Shown here: piece after piece, positions 61,650 to 64,000 of the stretch
How the letters are laid out: every line of letters starts with the position of its first letter
How positions within the stretch are numbered: position 1 is the first letter of the stretch
From: Octopus bimaculoides
Lineage: Eukaryota
Assembly: GCF_001194135.2 (NCBI RefSeq)
Contig: NC_068992.1
Location: forward strand, 8,168,214 to 8,232,213
Reading direction: 5' to 3'
DNA: 64,000 nucleotides
Made by a program: the position numbers and the translations under genes
The notes under the pieces: model-generated
What the model was told of the DNA's origin: nothing
Seen by the model: the letters and a program-made list of their open reading frames with translations, nothing else
Databases searched by the model: none

Positions 61650-62109
61650 CTTATTTTTAGCAAAAGCGGTGTTTGTCTGTCGTTTCTGTGACCTCTATTA
61701 ATATATAATATATATACGTACACACGTACATACATACATATATGCATGTTTATGTGTATCAAATATGCAGAAAAGAGGTTAAGGCATTCTTATGTTTTAA
61801 TGCCATATACGGGTTTCATTGACCCGGCGGCTTACTTCCTCGGTATTTTGACAAAAATACGTTGCACTTTGGCCTTTCCTCCTATGTGGTGTTTGGATTC
61901 ACAGAGCATAGAATATAGGGGTTTAATGCAAAATCAAATATTCAACCTTAAGATCAATGTGCTGGGCATGCTAGCCCACTGTTAATAAATAGCCTTATAT
62001 ATATATATATACATATATACATATATATAGATGCACATATATTTTGAAACATATGTAGGAATTAAAGGAACTTTTGTTTATATGCGTTTTGCTCCATTTA
62101 TTATTATTA

Positions 62110-62159
<50 letters not shown>

Positions 62160-63249
62160 CGCGCGCGTACACACACACACACTGAGTGTAAATATGTGTG
62201 GGTATTGTGTAAGTGTATGTGTGTGTATGTGTATGTGTGTATGTGTGTGTTTGTGTGTGTGATTATGTATAAACCATATGCCGTTATACTTAATGTCTAC
62301 AGTCGATATTCAACTGTAGGTGACCTCTAAAACTTGTTTTATTTGCCTAATCTCCTTAGCCTCACTTTCTCTTTTTCACTTTATCTCCCTCCTTCCCCCC
62401 TCTCTTCTCTTACCCTCTCTTCTCTTCCCCTCTCTTCTCTTCCCCCCTCTCTCTCTCTCTCTCTCTCTCTTAATCTCGTCTTTCTCTTTATATCTCTCCT
62501 TCTTTCTCTCTCTTACATTTTAGCCTCTCGTTTTCTCTTTTGTTTCCCTCTCCTTCCTTCCTTCCTTCCTTCCTTTCCTATCCCCTCTCCCCCCAGCCTC
62601 CAATTTTATCTGGAATTCCCAGCGTTTCCACAAAATTTCGATACCGTTTCACATTTTTTTTACTTAATAATCTCTTCGCCGCGTTTTTACAATTCCAAAT
62701 CAGTCAACACCTCTATCTACCACCACCGACACCCCCNNNNNNNNNNNNNNNNNNNNNNNNNNNNNNNNNNNNNNNNNNNNNNNNNNNNNNNNNNNNNNNN
62801 NNNNNNNNNNNNNNNNNNNNNNNNNNNNNNNNNNNNNNNNNNNNNNNNNNNNNNNNNNNNNNNNNNNNNNNNNNNNNNNNNNNNNNNNNNNNNNNNNNNN
62901 NNNNNNNNNNNNNNNNNNNNNNNNNNNNNNNNNNNNNNNNNNNNNNNNNNNNNNNNNNNNNNNNNNNNNNNNNNNNNNNNNNNNNNNNNNNNNNNNNNNN
63001 NNNNNNNNNNNNNNNNNNNNNNNNNNNNNNNNNNNNNNNNNNNNNNNNNNNNNNNNNNNNNNNNNNNNNNNNNNNNNNNNNNNNNNNNNNNNNNNNNNNN
63101 NNNNNNNNNNNNNNNNNNNNNNNNNNNNNNNNNNNNNNNNNNNNNNNNNNNNNNNNNNNNNNNNNNNNNNNNNNNNNNNNNNNNNNNNNNNNNNNNNNNN
63201 NNNNNNNNNNNNNNNNNNNNNNNNNNNNNNNNNNNNNNNNNNNNNNNNN

Positions 63250-63560
63250 CACCACCACCACCACCACCAGTTAATACTATCATCAGTATTTAAACATCAT
63301 CACTACATCCTCACAACCATCTCTACCACCACCACCAGCACCGCAAACAACATCAGCAAACACTATACATCAAGATTGCAAAGATCATCACCATCATTAA
63401 TATCATCATCATCATCATCACCATCATTAATATCATCATCATCATCATCATCATCATCGTCATCATCATCATCATCAACAACAACACCATGAACACCACC
63501 CAACATCACCAATACTGCAAATATTATCAACTTTATGAACTCCATTAACATCAACAACCG
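63250..63560. repeat. (CAC/CAT/ATC)n low-complexity tract
   Basis: Directly visible. Confidence 0.9.
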
Positions 63561-63584
63561 CCCCACCAGCCAAAAAGGAAACCT

Positions 63585-63690
63585 CTAAGTGGTTATTCGA
63601 AGTGTCAGAACTAGCAGCCAAGTTGCCCCCAAAATAACACCGTACTGCTATGCAAAAGGATACGTTCGATAACGTGATTCTGAGTTTTAT
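63585..63690 (+). repeat. Unclassified dispersed repeat (family D)
   Basis: Motif ggttattcga...tagaaatagcagccaaatctccct-like. Related decayed copies at about 6185-6290 (+), 7030-7125 (-), 7270-7570 (-), 15380-15440 (+), 31600-31640 (-) and 54785-54870 (-). Confidence 0.5.
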
Positions 63691-63941
63691 AGAAATAAGA
63701 AAAAAGATGGGACCGTCACGACTGGTGGGCCATCAGAGCAAGCAACAATACATTTCCGTTATTGCTACAATCATTACTGTGCAAAAAACAATCACCATTA
63801 TTATCCACATCGTTATTACTATCATTTCTTTACAGCTGGGTTTTCCTGAACAAACAAAAGTCAAATTTGTTAGTTATGAACAATGAATAGTGTCAAGAGC
63901 GGGATACAAACACTCGATCCACTGATAAAGTATCTAGTCAA

Positions 63942-64000
63942 GGCGCAGGAGTGGCTGTGTGGCGGTGAGCTGGCAGAAACGTTAGCACGCCGGGTGAAAT
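63942..64000 (+). mobile_element. SINE A head (63942-63961) joined directly to a SINE B head (63961 to window end)
   Basis: ggcgcaggagtggctgtgt|ggcggtgagctggcagaaacgttagcacgccgggtgaaat. Confidence 0.88.

Noticed and set aside
22308-63293. Many long ORFs containing X runs, poly-K/S/L, or YI/CV/HT repeats
   Set aside because: Artefacts of assembly gaps and di-, tri- and tetranucleotide microsatellites.

Overview
AT-rich, repeat-saturated eukaryotic (animal) DNA with 11 assembly gaps (about 4.4 kb of N). I infer a cephalopod, probably Octopus, from the tRNA-derived SINE families, which resemble the octopus OK/OR1/OR2-type SINEs as I recall them; this was not database-checked. There is no intact protein-coding gene, rRNA, functional tRNA or CRISPR array. 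Almost all supplied ORFs are microsatellite or gap artefacts. Recognisable content: (1) five Tc1/mariner relics, one with a readable D,D34D triad; (2) a CMC/Chapaev-like transposase relic; (3) several MITE/foldback inverted-repeat elements; (4) LINE relics of I/Jockey-like, CR1/L2-group, L1/Tx1-like and R4/Dong-like (RLE) type; (5) a Ty3/gypsy pol fragment; (6) more than 40 full or partial copies of at least four SINE families, labelled A, B, C and F here; (7) a 35-bp minisatellite and many microsatellites. A few weak host exon candidates exist: a CUB-like symmetric exon at 27859-27972 and a two-exon ORF start at 43684-44241. The most interesting signals concern the mobile elements: a 59-bp 3' tail shared by SINE C and a CR1/L2-group LINE end, SINE B joined twice to the same A-box site of SINE A, RLE retroelement fragments abutting (TAA)n, and an exact 118-bp locally templated insertion that replaced a conserved Cys motif of the Chapaev-like transposase. 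I found no convincing wholly new biological system.
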